Shown piece after piece: positions 44,756 to 54,774 of a stretch of DNA of 64,000 nucleotides; positions within the stretch are counted from its first letter, which is position 1, and each line of letters begins with the position of its first letter. Below the pieces are notes generated by a model. That model made no database searches and was not told the DNA's origin. It saw only the letters and a list, made by a program, of their open reading frames with translations. The DNA lies in NCBI GenBank assembly GCA_012514745.1, contig JAAYZR010000020.1, forward strand, positions 13,293 to 77,292, read 5' to 3'. The stretch comes from Candidatus Undivivens industriae. Its GTDB lineage: Bacteria > Omnitrophota > Gorgyraeia > Gygaellales > Profunditerraquicolaceae. The translations under genes were made by a program, and so were the position numbers.

Positions 44756-46576
44756 CTAAGAAACGTTCTTCTTCTCCTGAACCGGCTGCGTCTCCGGGGC
44801 AACCGGGGACTCCGCCGGCTTGGGCTGTCCGTCCTGCTCAGCCGCGGGAGCAGCGGGCGGTTCCGCGGGTTTCGGCTCGAAGGAGAACAACATCACGGAA
44901 TATGCCGGCAGTTCCGCCGTCTCTTCCAATGTCCCGGAACAGGAAACCGTTCTTTCCTGGGCCGGAGAAAAAACGCAATCTTTAACGCAAGAAAAATCCA
45001 CCACGTATTTACGCGTCAGGTAGTTACCTTTGATGTTCTTCAACGTGATCCTGAGCGGCTGGACGGACGATTTTTTCTTTTCAATCTCATCGTTGCGCGC
45101 AACCGCGTCGGCTAACAGCGAACGCAATCTCTTCGTGACCCCCCAGAGTGACTGCACGTCAGTCTGCCTGGAAAGTAGTCGTCCGTAAGTGCCGTCTTTT
45201 ATCATGCGCAAAAGGATCTTTCTCTCCGCGGCGTTAAGCGATCCCACGCTTCTGGAAAGCATATCCCTGGCTGCTTCGGGATTAACGTAATTATAAACCA
45301 GCACGTTCACCCTCTGGCCGTCCCTGCCGGCCAGCATACCGACATCCCCTTTGCCGGCGGCCGGAGGAGGGAGTTGATAAAAATTGTCCCCGAGTGACTG
45401 GAGCATACGAAAGACACTGTAAGCCGCCTTCGGGCCGCCCTTACCCCGCGAATCGAACCAGAAGGCTCCGATATTGCGGGTGACATGCTTTTTGTTGGAA
45501 TGAAAATCCTCCAAACAGTAATAAATCTGCCCGTCCACCCCGCAGGATTGCATTCCCTTCAGCCGGGCCGGGATGTAACTGGCGGCAATATTGCCTCTTT
45601 CCGAACGCTCCTGCGGCAGGTTCAAACCGTTGTCGTAATTCCACTCGTCTATGATCAACGGCGTGTCCTTGCTGAGGTTGAAATAAGAAAGCCATTCCCG
45701 GATCAGATCCACCGGCAGCTTATTGTAAGCGGTGTTATACTGCTCGGCGAAAGGGTCGGTGGAATAGGCATGCCAGGTGATGAAATCCAGCGGCAGGCCG
45801 TATCGCGAACAATACCGGATCAACTCGTAGATCAAGCTCTTCTCCGGAGCCGCCACGGTGTTGCCCTCTGGATTCTGGTACCACCAACTGGTTCCGGGGC
45901 CGCCGAGATATACCTGCACCTTGTCCTCGTTTTCGACCTCCTTCACCGCCTCGGCCACGCTGCGGTAAAGCAACAGATAATCCTGGGTGCTTCCGAGAAA
46001 AAAATCGTCAAGGTCGGGGGCGCTCCAGACCTCAAACCAGACTTTGTCGTTCCTGAATTCCCTGATGTATTTCTTGACCAGCTTCCTGAATTCCTGCGCA
46101 TCCAACAACTGGCTTCGTTTGTCCAGCACGTTCCCCATTCCGGCGGGGGTGCCGAAAAAAGTCATGATCACCGTTCCGCCGGAAGAGCATATTTTGTCGA
46201 TGATGCCGCGATAATAAGCCGTCTGCTTCTCCCTCTCTTCGCTATTGTCCTTCAACTGGGCAGTCTCCCAGAGGTCGAACTGCAGGCGGTAATAACCGGG
46301 GAATCCGATCTCTTCGCTCCATCTCCTGAACGGCTCGTCCCCGGCTGCCGACTGCGGACGTGAAGGATCAAAATCGCCGCCCCTTCCGCTAAGGTCTATC
46401 GAAGGCGCGAATATTTTCGGACGCGGCAGCGTCTGCCCGGAAATATCAAGAGAGAATTCGATTTGAGCCGGCGTTTCTTTTTTCTCTTCCTGCGCAGAAG
46501 ACGGCCGGCAGAAAAAAGGAGAAGCCGTCAACACGGCCGCCGTCAGCATATATACCGGTAAAAAGGATCTCTTCAT
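44756..46576 (-). CDS. Secreted GH39-like (TIM-barrel glycoside-hydrolase fold) protein with a Pro-rich C-terminal tail; acid/base motif altered
   Basis: Signal peptide; KVWFEVWSAPDL aligns to the GH39/GH5 FEIWNEP acid/base motif with NE replaced by SA; the nucleophile-like IIDEWN is retained; PAEPPAAPAAE... tail. Confidence 0.55.
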   Translation of the reverse strand: MKRSFLPVYMLTAAVLTASPFFCRPSSAQEEKKETPAQIEFSLDISGQTLPRPKIFAPSIDLSGRGGDFDPSRPQSAAGDEPFRRWSEEIGFPGYYRLQFDLWETAQLKDNSEEREKQTAYYRGIIDKICSSGGTVIMTFFGTPAGMGNVLDKRSQLLDAQEFRKLVKKYIREFRNDKVWFEVWSAPDLDDFFLGSTQDYLLLYRSVAEAVKEVENEDKVQVYLGGPGTSWWYQNPEGNTVAAPEKSLIYELIRYCSRYGLPLDFITWHAYSTDPFAEQYNTAYNKLPVDLIREWLSYFNLSKDTPLIIDEWNYDNGLNLPQERSERGNIAASYIPARLKGMQSCGVDGQIYYCLEDFHSNKKHVTRNIGAFWFDSRGKGGPKAAYSVFRMLQSLGDNFYQLPPPAAGKGDVGMLAGRDGQRVNVLVYNYVNPEAARDMLSRSVGSLNAAERKILLRMIKDGTYGRLLSRQTDVQSLWGVTKRLRSLLADAVARNDEIEKKKSSVQPLRITLKNIKGNYLTRKYVVDFSCVKDCVFSPAQERTVSCSGTLEETAELPAYSVMLFSFEPKPAEPPAAPAAEQDGQPKPAESPVAPETQPVQEKKNVS

Positions 46577-46588
46577 TTGTCCCCTTCG

Positions 46589-47368
46589 TCAAGCGGCCGC
46601 GTTGACACGCGTGATCGCCGCGGCCCTGCCGCTTTCCTCATCTATTTCCACCACCACTCCCTGGACCCTGACGTTGTCTTCGGCAACCTCGAAACGCACC
46701 GGCATCCCGGTAACGAACCTGTGCAGGACATGCTCTATCTTTCTGCCGATGACCGAATCATGCGGCCCGCACATCCCTACGTCTGTAATATAAGCCGTGC
46801 CGCGGGGAAGGATACGCTCATCGGCGGTCTGGACGTGCGTATGCGTGCCGAGAACGGCCGAAACCTTGCCGTCCAGGAACCAGCCCATAGCCACTTTTTC
46901 CGAAGTCGCTTCCGCGTGCATATCCACGATTATTATTTTAGCGCGGGAGGAAAGCTCCTGCAGAGCATCCTGCGCGGCCTTGAACGGACATTCTGACGGT
47001 TCCATAAAAACCCTTCCCTGCAGGTTCAACACCCCCACCCGCCTGCCGCCGGGGAGTTCGAAAACCTCTGCGCCGCGGCCCGGGGCCTGGACCGCCGCGT
47101 TCGCCGGCCTCAAAATGCGCCTCTCCTTGTCTATAAGCGGGACTATCTCGCTTTTTTTCCAGATGTGATCCCCTGAAGTGAGCGCGTCGGCGCCGGCGGA
47201 AAACAGGTCCTCCGCCGTCTTCTCGGTTATCCCGGAGCCGCCGGCGGAATTCTCGGCGTTGGCGATCACGAAATCGACTCCGAATTCCTGCTTTATCCCC
47301 GGCAGCGCCTTACGGAAACCGTTCCTCCCGGGGCTGCCGACTATGTCTCCTATGAAAAGTATCTTCAT
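46589..47368 (-). CDS. ymdB: YmdB-like metallophosphoesterase (2',3'-cyclic-nucleotide phosphodiesterase)
   Basis: MKILFIGDIVG...GDH...GTHTHV metallophosphatase motifs; classic position after rny. Confidence 0.85.
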   Translation of the reverse strand: MKILFIGDIVGSPGRNGFRKALPGIKQEFGVDFVIANAENSAGGSGITEKTAEDLFSAGADALTSGDHIWKKSEIVPLIDKERRILRPANAAVQAPGRGAEVFELPGGRRVGVLNLQGRVFMEPSECPFKAAQDALQELSSRAKIIIVDMHAEATSEKVAMGWFLDGKVSAVLGTHTHVQTADERILPRGTAYITDVGMCGPHDSVIGRKIEHVLHRFVTGMPVRFEVAEDNVRVQGVVVEIDEESGRAAAITRVNAAA

Positions 47369-47369
47369 C

Positions 47370-48923
47370 TTATTTCGCGTACTCTATGGCCCTGGTCTCG
47401 CGGATCACGGTTACCTTGATCTGACCGGGATATTCCATGCCCTCTTCTATTTTCTTGCGTATCTCGCGCGCCATGTTAACGGCCTCCGCGTCGGATATCT
47501 TCTCCGGCTGGACGACTACCCGGATTTCCCTGCCCGCCTGAATGGCAAAAGATTTCTCCACTCCCTTGAAAAGGTTGGCTATCGATTCCAGTTTATCCAG
47601 GCGCTTGATATACGTCTCGAGCGTTTCCCTGCGCGCACCCGGACGCGCGGCGCTGATGGCGTCCGCGGCCACGGTAAGCACCGCATAAAAACTGCGTTGC
47701 TCCGCCTCCTCGTGATGCGCCTCTATCGCCCCCACCGTCTCCGGCGATTCGCCGTATTTCCTGGCGAGCTCGGCGCCTATCGTGGCGTGGGTACCCTCGA
47801 CCTGATGATCGATGGCCTTGCCGATGTCGTGCAGCAGCCCTATTCTTCTGGCCAATTTAAAATCAAGACCAAGCTCGGAGGCCATAACGCCGAGAAGATA
47901 AGAAACCTCCTTGGAATGCTGGAGCGCGTTTTGTCCGAAGCTGGTGCGGTATTTCAGGCGGCCGAGCAGTTTTATCAATTCCGGGTGGAGATTCTCCACC
48001 CCGGACTCGAAGGATACCTTTTCCCCTTCCTCCTTGATCTTTGCCTCCATCTCCTTCTTGGTCTTCTCCACAATCTCTTCTATCCTGCCGGGATGGATGC
48101 GTCCGTCGCTGATAAGCTTTTCCAGGCTCAGACGAGCTATCTCCCTGCGCACCGTGTCGAAACAAGAGATGGTCACCGCCTCGGGGGTATCGTCTATGAT
48201 CACATCCACGCCCGTAGCCATCTCGAAAGCCCTGATGTTGCGCCCTTCCCTGCCGATGACCCGCCCTTTCATTTCGTCGCTGGGCAAGGTGACCACGCTG
48301 ACCGTGGATTCGACCGTATGCTCCACCGCGCAGCGTTGTATGGAAAGACTCAATATCTCCTGGGCCTTCTTGGCGGAAGCTTCCTTCAACTCCTCTTCCT
48401 GCTTCTTTATCAACTGCGCTTTCTCGGAGCTTAATTCATCGTTGAGCCTGTTCAGGAGTATCTGCTTGGCCTCGTCGGCGGACAGAGAAGCGATCTTCTG
48501 CAGCCTGTCCTTTTCCTCGTTTATCAAAGACACCAGATGGGCGTCCCTGGCTTTCAGAGAATCTTCCTGTTTCCGCACATTTTCATGGCGGGTTTCTATC
48601 TCTTTCTCTTTTTTCTCCAGCAGATCCAGCCGGCGGTCGATATTCTCCTCTTTCTGAGAGAGCCTTTTCTCCAGAGAGATCAATTCCTGCCTGCGCTCCT
48701 GGGTCTGCTTGTCAAAATCCTGGCGCATGCGGTAAAGCAAATCCTTGGATTCCAGCTCTGCTTCCCTGCGCTTGTCCTGTGCCTCTTTCTTAGCATGTTC
48801 TATAATGGCCTTAACCTGGGCCTCGGCGTCTTTTACTTTCCTTTCCGCGATATAACGGCGCAATAAATAGCCGCAAAGCAGCGCTGCCGCTGCAGTGACG
48901 GGCATCAATAATGCTAACAACAT
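47370..48923 (-). CDS. rny: Ribonuclease Y
   Basis: N-terminal TM, coiled-coil, KH domain ([13 protein letters not shown]), HD domain (HSKEV...LLHDIGK). Confidence 0.9.
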   Translation of the reverse strand: MLLALLMPVTAAAALLCGYLLRRYIAERKVKDAEAQVKAIIEHAKKEAQDKRREAELESKDLLYRMRQDFDKQTQERRQELISLEKRLSQKEENIDRRLDLLEKKEKEIETRHENVRKQEDSLKARDAHLVSLINEEKDRLQKIASLSADEAKQILLNRLNDELSSEKAQLIKKQEEELKEASAKKAQEILSLSIQRCAVEHTVESTVSVVTLPSDEMKGRVIGREGRNIRAFEMATGVDVIIDDTPEAVTISCFDTVRREIARLSLEKLISDGRIHPGRIEEIVEKTKKEMEAKIKEEGEKVSFESGVENLHPELIKLLGRLKYRTSFGQNALQHSKEVSYLLGVMASELGLDFKLARRIGLLHDIGKAIDHQVEGTHATIGAELARKYGESPETVGAIEAHHEEAEQRSFYAVLTVAADAISAARPGARRETLETYIKRLDKLESIANLFKGVEKSFAIQAGREIRVVVQPEKISDAEAVNMAREIRKKIEEGMEYPGQIKVTVIRETRAIEYAK

Positions 48924-49005
48924 GGTTTCCCCCTTCCCGAAAAAACGAAGTTATTGTGAAATGTCGGCTGAACACGTCCGCCTATAACTACCCCGGACGC
49001 GGATT

Positions 49006-49575
49006 TCAGGCAAAGATTACTTTTGTCAGAGCGGTATCGTGTTCTGCGGAAGGGATTCTCGGAACGACCTGGAAATCATAGGCCAGGCCCACGGAAGGAA
49101 CCGTTGAAGGAAGTCTTTTCAAGAAGTTATCGTAATACCCTTTGCCTCTGCCGAGGCGGTTTCCGGCCTTGTCAAAAGCCACTCCGGGTACGATTATCAA
49201 GTCTATATCATCACATCCGATAAACTTCCTATTCACGGGCTCGCCGATGCCGTAAAGGCCTTTCTTGAGTTTCCCGTCTTCCGGAAAAACACAAGGTTTC
49301 ATTCTCCTGTTGCAGCCGCAAACCGGTACGGCAACGATTTTCCCGAGTTGTCTTGCTTCCTTTATCAATTCCTGCGTTCTGACTTCCCCGCCAAAAGACA
49401 CATAACACATTACCGTTCTTGCCCTTCTAAACAACAAACTGCGAAAAAGCTCCTCCTTTATTTGTTGGCTTTTCCTGCAACGGATCTCTTCTCTCTGGGC
49501 TTTCAGAAGGGATAAAATCCTTCTGCGAAGCTTGCTTTTTAAAGACTCTATATTATCCTTCCGCGACTCTGTCAT
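49006..49575 (-). CDS. 5-formyltetrahydrofolate cyclo-ligase
   Basis: 189 aa; conserved ...GEPVN..., GRGKGYYD motif. Confidence 0.85.
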   Translation of the reverse strand: MTESRKDNIESLKSKLRRRILSLLKAQREEIRCRKSQQIKEELFRSLLFRRARTVMCYVSFGGEVRTQELIKEARQLGKIVAVPVCGCNRRMKPCVFPEDGKLKKGLYGIGEPVNRKFIGCDDIDLIIVPGVAFDKAGNRLGRGKGYYDNFLKRLPSTVPSVGLAYDFQVVPRIPSAEHDTALTKVIFA

Positions 49576-49587
49576 AATATTATTATT

Positions 49588-50262
49588 TTAATGTAATCCG
49601 GCCGGATGGTCAACACCTTTACCCGCCTTTAAAGAGGCGAAGCCGAGCGAATAGTCGCGCGGCTTGCGTATCTCATTCAGAAATCTAAAGTTACCTCTTT
49701 CCTTTAATTCAGCGTATATCAAACTCCAGACACAATCTTTTTCCGGATCGACCTCGCATTTGCCTCCGGTCATCCCGCCGCATGGTCCGTTCAGCATGCC
49801 CTTGGGACATAGAGAAAGCGGACAGACCGTGCCGCTTGCCTCCAGCAGACAGTCGCCGCACAACACGCAGTTCTGCCTGAAGCCGCCTTTGGCGTCTAGC
49901 GAAGCCGGGAACATACTGTTGCAGCAGGGAACGACCACGGCATTCACGCGAAGGTTCTCCTTGACGGTCTGCGCCCCCATCCCGCAGGCCATTACCAGCA
50001 CCGCGCCGCTGCGCTTCAATTCTTCCGCGAAACCGGCAAGGGCATTTTTGACGTTTACGGCCACACACGGAGATTCCGGAACGCAGTGCCCGCTCACCGG
50101 AATACCCTGCTCCTCAAGTATCCCCTTCATCTGCCGCACCTCTTCTTCTCCTCCGGTATGGCAGGCGGTCGCGCACTCCGAGCATCCCACGATAAAAACC
50201 GGACCGCGCCCTTTTAAAAAGCCGAGAATCTCTTCCCGCGGTTTTTGTTCTGTGAAAATCAT
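49588..50262 (-). CDS. Methylene-THF reductase C-terminal-domain-like Cys-rich protein (MetV-like)
   Basis: Multiple Cys clusters (CSECATAC, CGMG, CVLCGDC, CPKGMLNGPCGG) reminiscent of the acetogen MetV / MTHFR_C family. Confidence 0.55.
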   Translation of the reverse strand: MIFTEQKPREEILGFLKGRGPVFIVGCSECATACHTGGEEEVRQMKGILEEQGIPVSGHCVPESPCVAVNVKNALAGFAEELKRSGAVLVMACGMGAQTVKENLRVNAVVVPCCNSMFPASLDAKGGFRQNCVLCGDCLLEASGTVCPLSLCPKGMLNGPCGGMTGGKCEVDPEKDCVWSLIYAELKERGNFRFLNEIRKPRDYSLGFASLKAGKGVDHPAGLH

Positions 50263-50266
50263 TTCC

Positions 50267-50431
50267 TTACCAAAGCTCCTGCCTCATCTTGGCGTCCAGT
50301 TCTTTGGCGTTATGCCAATCTTTCTTGGCTCCTTCTACGGCCCCGCCGCCCGCCCCTTTTACGGTTTCGCATCCCACGATCGTTGTAAACGCCAGTAAAA
50401 AGACCGCGATGAACATTTTTTTGAAGATCAT
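50267..50431 (-). CDS. Unannotated small lipoprotein, entericidin-like (54 aa)
   Basis: Reverse-strand ORF MIFKKMFIAVFLLAFTTIVGCETVKGAGGGAVEGAKKDWHNAKELDAKMRQELW: signal peptide plus lipobox (IVGC), Gly-rich mature part. Confidence 0.35.
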   Translation of the reverse strand: MIFKKMFIAVFLLAFTTIVGCETVKGAGGGAVEGAKKDWHNAKELDAKMRQELW

Positions 50432-50446
50432 CCTGCCCCTCCCGAA

Positions 50447-50797
50447 TTAATCACAACAGCCGCATTGTTTGTCCTTACCGCCGTTATCCAGATATTTACC
50501 GCTGTTCCTGCCGAATTCTTCTTTACATTCAAGCGAACAGAAGAAAAAAGTCCTGCCGGACATGCTGATTTTCGCCGCCGCTTTATCGGGATCCACCTCT
50601 TTTCCGCAAACAGGATCCTTCTGTTTCCCCCCTGGATTCTTACCGTTGTCCTCCCAACCGCAGCAACAGCCGTTGCTGGCCTTTCTGGCGAACACGAAAA
50701 GAATTAACGCCATCGCGGCTACGGCCAAGATCACCAAAATTCCCATAAGACACCTCCTGTTCCAGGGCTTCTTTCTCGGATAACCCAATACGAACAA
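50447..50797 (-). CDS. YHS-domain (TRASH-like) metal-binding membrane protein
   Basis: N-terminal TM, CCCGW, YHS core DPVCGKEVD...FFFCSLECKEEF, C-terminal CGCCD. Confidence 0.55.
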   Translation of the reverse strand: MFVLGYPRKKPWNRRCLMGILVILAVAAMALILFVFARKASNGCCCGWEDNGKNPGGKQKDPVCGKEVDPDKAAAKISMSGRTFFFCSLECKEEFGRNSGKYLDNGGKDKQCGCCD

Positions 50798-51123
50798 CTA
50801 CCGGGGGGTTTCCGCATCTTGATTAAGCCGCTCTATCTATAGTTACAGACTCCAGTGACACAGGGAAATCCGCTTCAGAAATAATATCGAACGAAAATCA
50901 GCTGTTTCTGCACGCCCGGAGTAGAGCCCCCTCGGGTTAAAGCCCGGGGATGAATGGGCGAGAGGATTTCTGCGGTTTGATTAAACGGCGGACCCCGGCC
51001 GCCAAAAGATAATTTTTTCTTTTACATCTTACCATTGCGGCAGGCGGAAATCAACTATAAAACAAGAAAGCAGAGCGGAGAAAAGGAGGGCTCGAAAAAG
51101 CGTCTTTCGTCCTTCGGCGCGCA

Positions 51124-52476
51124 TCATTTCCCCGAACGAATCTTATCCAGACGCTGTTTTATCCTGGCCTCGTGCCCGATATCGGTGGGTTCGTAAAAAC
51201 GCACTTTGCGGCGGGTATAATCCTGTTGAATGAAATGGCCGGGATAATCGTGGCTGTATTTGTAATCTTTTCCCCTGCCCAGAGAAGCGGCGGCCTTGTA
51301 AGAGGCGTCTTTCAGATGATCGGGGACCTCCTGAACAGTTTCGTTCTCAACTTCGGTATAAGCCTTCTCCAGGGCCAGATAGGCGGCGTTGGACTTCGGC
51401 GCGCAGGCGATATACACCGCGGCCTGTGCCAGAGGGATGCGCGCTTCCGGCATCCCCACGAATTCCGATATCTGCAGGGCGGACGCGGCCAGCACCGACG
51501 CCAGCGGATCGGCGTTGCCGACGTCTTCGGCGGCGCAGATGCAAATTCTGCGCGCTATGAAACGCGGGTCCTCGCCGGCATAAAGCATCTTGGCCATCCA
51601 GTAAAGCGCGGCGTCGGGATCGGAACCGCGCATGGACTTGATAAAAGCCGAAATGGTATCGTAATGCCCGTCTCCGTCCCGATCGTAAAGCACGACCTTT
51701 TTCTGTATTGATTCGGAGGCGGCGGCCAGATCGAACTTTATGCTGCCGTCCGGGGAAGGCGGCGTAGTTAAAACTCCGATCTCCAAAGCGCTGAGGGCGC
51801 GCCTGGCGTCTCCCTCGCAGGAGCGCGCCAGGAATTCCACCGCTTCCGTAGCGGCATGCACATTAAGCGCTCCCAAGCCTCTTTCTTTGTCGGAAATCGC
51901 GCGCCCGATTATACCCTTTATATCCTCTACGCTCAAACTCTTCAACTCGCAGACCAGCGAACGGGAAAGGATCGGGGAGACGAGAGAGAAAAACGGGTTC
52001 TGCACGGTGGCGCCGATCAGCACCACGTTGCGTTCCTCCACGTCCGGCAGAAGCACATCCTGCTGCGCCTTGTTGAAACGGTGTATCTCATCGATGAAAA
52101 GGATGGTCCTTTCCCCGGCCGCCTTTGCCGCTCTTGCCGCCGCGATCTCCTTACGCATCTGCTCGACGTTGGAAGTGGTGGCGTTCAGTGCTACGTAGCG
52201 CGCCTTGGTGATCCTGGAAATGCACCAGGCGAGGGAGGTTTTACCCGTCCCGGGCGGGCCGAAAAGGATCAGGGATGTCAGCCTGTCGGCTTCGATCGCC
52301 CTGCGCAGGAGCTTTCCTTTACCGAGCAGATGCGACTGGCCGGCGTATTCTTCCAGGTCGCGGGGACGCATGCGCACAGCCAGCGGAACGTCCGGATAAC
52401 CGCCCGGGCGGACTTCACCGCCGGTGGCAGAACGTTTTTCATCATCGGGGATTTTCTTTTTATCTTGGGAAGACAT
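51124..52476 (-). CDS. rarA: Replication-associated recombination protein A (AAA+ ATPase RarA/MgsA)
   Basis: GPPGTGKTSLA Walker A, DEIHRFNK Walker B/sensor; the likely start MSSQDKKK is at 52476. Confidence 0.9.
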   Translation of the reverse strand: MSSQDKKKIPDDEKRSATGGEVRPGGYPDVPLAVRMRPRDLEEYAGQSHLLGKGKLLRRAIEADRLTSLILFGPPGTGKTSLAWCISRITKARYVALNATTSNVEQMRKEIAAARAAKAAGERTILFIDEIHRFNKAQQDVLLPDVEERNVVLIGATVQNPFFSLVSPILSRSLVCELKSLSVEDIKGIIGRAISDKERGLGALNVHAATEAVEFLARSCEGDARRALSALEIGVLTTPPSPDGSIKFDLAAASESIQKKVVLYDRDGDGHYDTISAFIKSMRGSDPDAALYWMAKMLYAGEDPRFIARRICICAAEDVGNADPLASVLAASALQISEFVGMPEARIPLAQAAVYIACAPKSNAAYLALEKAYTEVENETVQEVPDHLKDASYKAAASLGRGKDYKYSHDYPGHFIQQDYTRRKVRFYEPTDIGHEARIKQRLDKIRSGK

Positions 52477-52725
52477 GTTTTCGGTCCGAAAAAGGCATAA
52501 AAAAACCCCGCCTTGTGCCGTTGGACAAATGACGGGTTGAACCCATTTTCCAGGTTGGGAGCGATCCTTCCGGCGCCAAGGCGTCGAAAGAGCAAGACTC
52601 CCGTGTTCTTGGTATTGGTTCACCAAACATCATTCATCCTAACGAGCACGGCAGGGAATCTAACGCTGCAAAAGTAAGTATACCACGGCATCCTGCCGTT
52701 GTCAATTCCCGCCGGGGGGACTTCT

Positions 52726-54765
52726 TCAACGCAGAGAAATACCGGGGTGGCCGGAAAGGGCCTGGACGACGGCCGCATGCGCGGGCGCGACCTCCGCTTC
52801 GGTCAACGTTTTCTCTTTCGAGCGGTAAACGCAGGATACCGTCAACCCTTTATAGCCGGCGGATATCTGCTCCCCTTTATAAACATCGGACAACTTCAGT
52901 TCTTTCAATAATCCGCCGCCCGCCCGCCCGGCGAGCTCGAAGACATCCCGCAGTGATATCTCCTCTTTCAACAACAGGCTGATATCGCGGGTCACCGCCG
53001 GATAAAGAGCCATTTTGCGAAAACTCTTGCGCCGAGCCAGGCGCGAACGTACAACCGGTTCCAACCTTATCTCGGCGGCCGCCGCGCTCCGGTTTTTTAT
53101 GTCGAATGCCGCGGACTGCTTCTTGTCCAAAACAATAACTTCTCCCAGCTTTTCGTCTCCCGCGTATACGGAGATATTCCCGCCTACGGAATGCTGCCTG
53201 AAAGAATAATCCTGTACTCCCGCCCAGGAAAAGAGTTCCTCAAGCGCACCCTTTATGTGCAGGGGGCCGAATTCTTCCTCGCAGAACGAACTGCCGTTAA
53301 AATACCTGCGCGTGCCGCAGACCGTCAGAGCCAGTACTTTTTCTTCCCTGTGCCCGGAAGAAGGAGTCATATAATAAATGTCCGCGACCTCGAAAAACCG
53401 CAGGTCTTCCTGTTTTTGATTAATGTTATACGCCAGACAGCGCAGTAGTCCCGGCACGACCGAGGTGCGCAGGACTTCCTGTTCGCGGCTCAAAGGGTTT
53501 AAAACCTCTATCGCCTCGCCCGGTTTCTCCGAAATTACTTCCAGTGAAGTTTTCTCCACAAGACCGTAGGTTACGGTTTCATGGAATCCCTGTCCGGCGA
53601 TAAGTCTTTTAATCCCGGAAACGCACTGCCAGGAGGACAACCCGGACGGATCGGCCGAGACGAAAGGGAGAGTGGGGACTATCCTGTCGTATCCGTATAT
53701 GCGCGCGATCTCCTCCTCCAGGTCGGCCTGCTGTCCGACGTCTTTCCTGAAAAGAGGGACTTCCACTTTGAGCGTGGACGAGGAGACTTTCTTCACTTTA
53801 AATCCCAGGCCGGAGAGAATACGGTAAGCCTTTCCTGTGGCCAGCTTGATATTCAAAAGTTTCTCGGCCCCGGTAACGGAAAATTCGATCTGCTTGCGTC
53901 CGGCGGCCCCGGAGCCCTTGCGGATAAAAGCCTGCGCTTTCCCGCCGCAGAGAGAAACAATAAGCATCACCGCGCGCTCCACCGATAATTTGACCCTTTC
54001 GGCGTCCACCCCTCTTTCGAAACGGTAGGACGCTTCTGTCTGCGCGGCCATCAAACGACAGCCTTTTCTTACCAACACAGGGTCGAAAATCGCGCCTTCC
54101 AGCAGAACGTTGACTGTACCCGAAGAAACCTCGCTCGCTTCCCCGCCCATGATTCCGGCCGCGGCCACCGGCTTACCGCTGTCGGCGATGATCAGTATTT
54201 CGGGCGTCAAAAGATGGGTTTTCCCGTCTATGGTGGTCAGGCTCTCTCCCTGTCCGGCCCGGCGCACGATTATCCGGCCTCCGGATATCTTGTCCAGATC
54301 AAAGGCGTGCAAGGGCGCGCCCCATTCAAAAAGGGCGTAATTGGTTATGTCCACTATGTTATTTACGCTCCTGCAGCCGACACTTTCCAGCCTCCTGCGC
54401 AGCCATTCCGGCGAAGGCCCGACCTTTACGCCTTTTATGACCGTAGCGGTATACAAAGGGCAGTCCCGGACGCTCTCCAGGGAAACGGAAACCCCGGCAA
54501 CCTTGCTCTTACCGGGAACGCTCTTGAAGAATCCGGCGGGAGCCTTGAATTTTTTACCGAGGATCGCGGAAGCCTCTCTTGCCATGCCGGTCATGCAAAA
54601 ACAGTCGGAGCGGTTGGAAGTGATCTCGGCGTCGAATATGAAATCCCCGTCCTGCTGAATAACGGAACCGATCTCGTGCCCGGCCATGGTGAATTTATGC
54701 GCCAGGGTCTCCGCGTCCACTGTTATCTTGACGAAATCTTTCATCCAGTTATAACTGAATTTCAT
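52726..54765 (-). CDS. pheT: Phenylalanyl-tRNA synthetase beta subunit
   Basis: MKFSYNWMKDFVKI N-terminus; 679 aa. Confidence 0.93.
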   Translation of the reverse strand: MKFSYNWMKDFVKITVDAETLAHKFTMAGHEIGSVIQQDGDFIFDAEITSNRSDCFCMTGMAREASAILGKKFKAPAGFFKSVPGKSKVAGVSVSLESVRDCPLYTATVIKGVKVGPSPEWLRRRLESVGCRSVNNIVDITNYALFEWGAPLHAFDLDKISGGRIIVRRAGQGESLTTIDGKTHLLTPEILIIADSGKPVAAAGIMGGEASEVSSGTVNVLLEGAIFDPVLVRKGCRLMAAQTEASYRFERGVDAERVKLSVERAVMLIVSLCGGKAQAFIRKGSGAAGRKQIEFSVTGAEKLLNIKLATGKAYRILSGLGFKVKKVSSSTLKVEVPLFRKDVGQQADLEEEIARIYGYDRIVPTLPFVSADPSGLSSWQCVSGIKRLIAGQGFHETVTYGLVEKTSLEVISEKPGEAIEVLNPLSREQEVLRTSVVPGLLRCLAYNINQKQEDLRFFEVADIYYMTPSSGHREEKVLALTVCGTRRYFNGSSFCEEEFGPLHIKGALEELFSWAGVQDYSFRQHSVGGNISVYAGDEKLGEVIVLDKKQSAAFDIKNRSAAAAEIRLEPVVRSRLARRKSFRKMALYPAVTRDISLLLKEEISLRDVFELAGRAGGGLLKELKLSDVYKGEQISAGYKGLTVSCVYRSKEKTLTEAEVAPAHAAVVQALSGHPGISLR

Positions 54766-54774
54766 ATCTCCCCT

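Noticed and set aside
52480-52725. CCGGAAGG-containing segment considered as possible SRP (4.5S) RNA
   Set aside because: The flanking sequence does not match the conserved domain IV context (GGUCCGGAAGGAAGCAGCC) on either strand.
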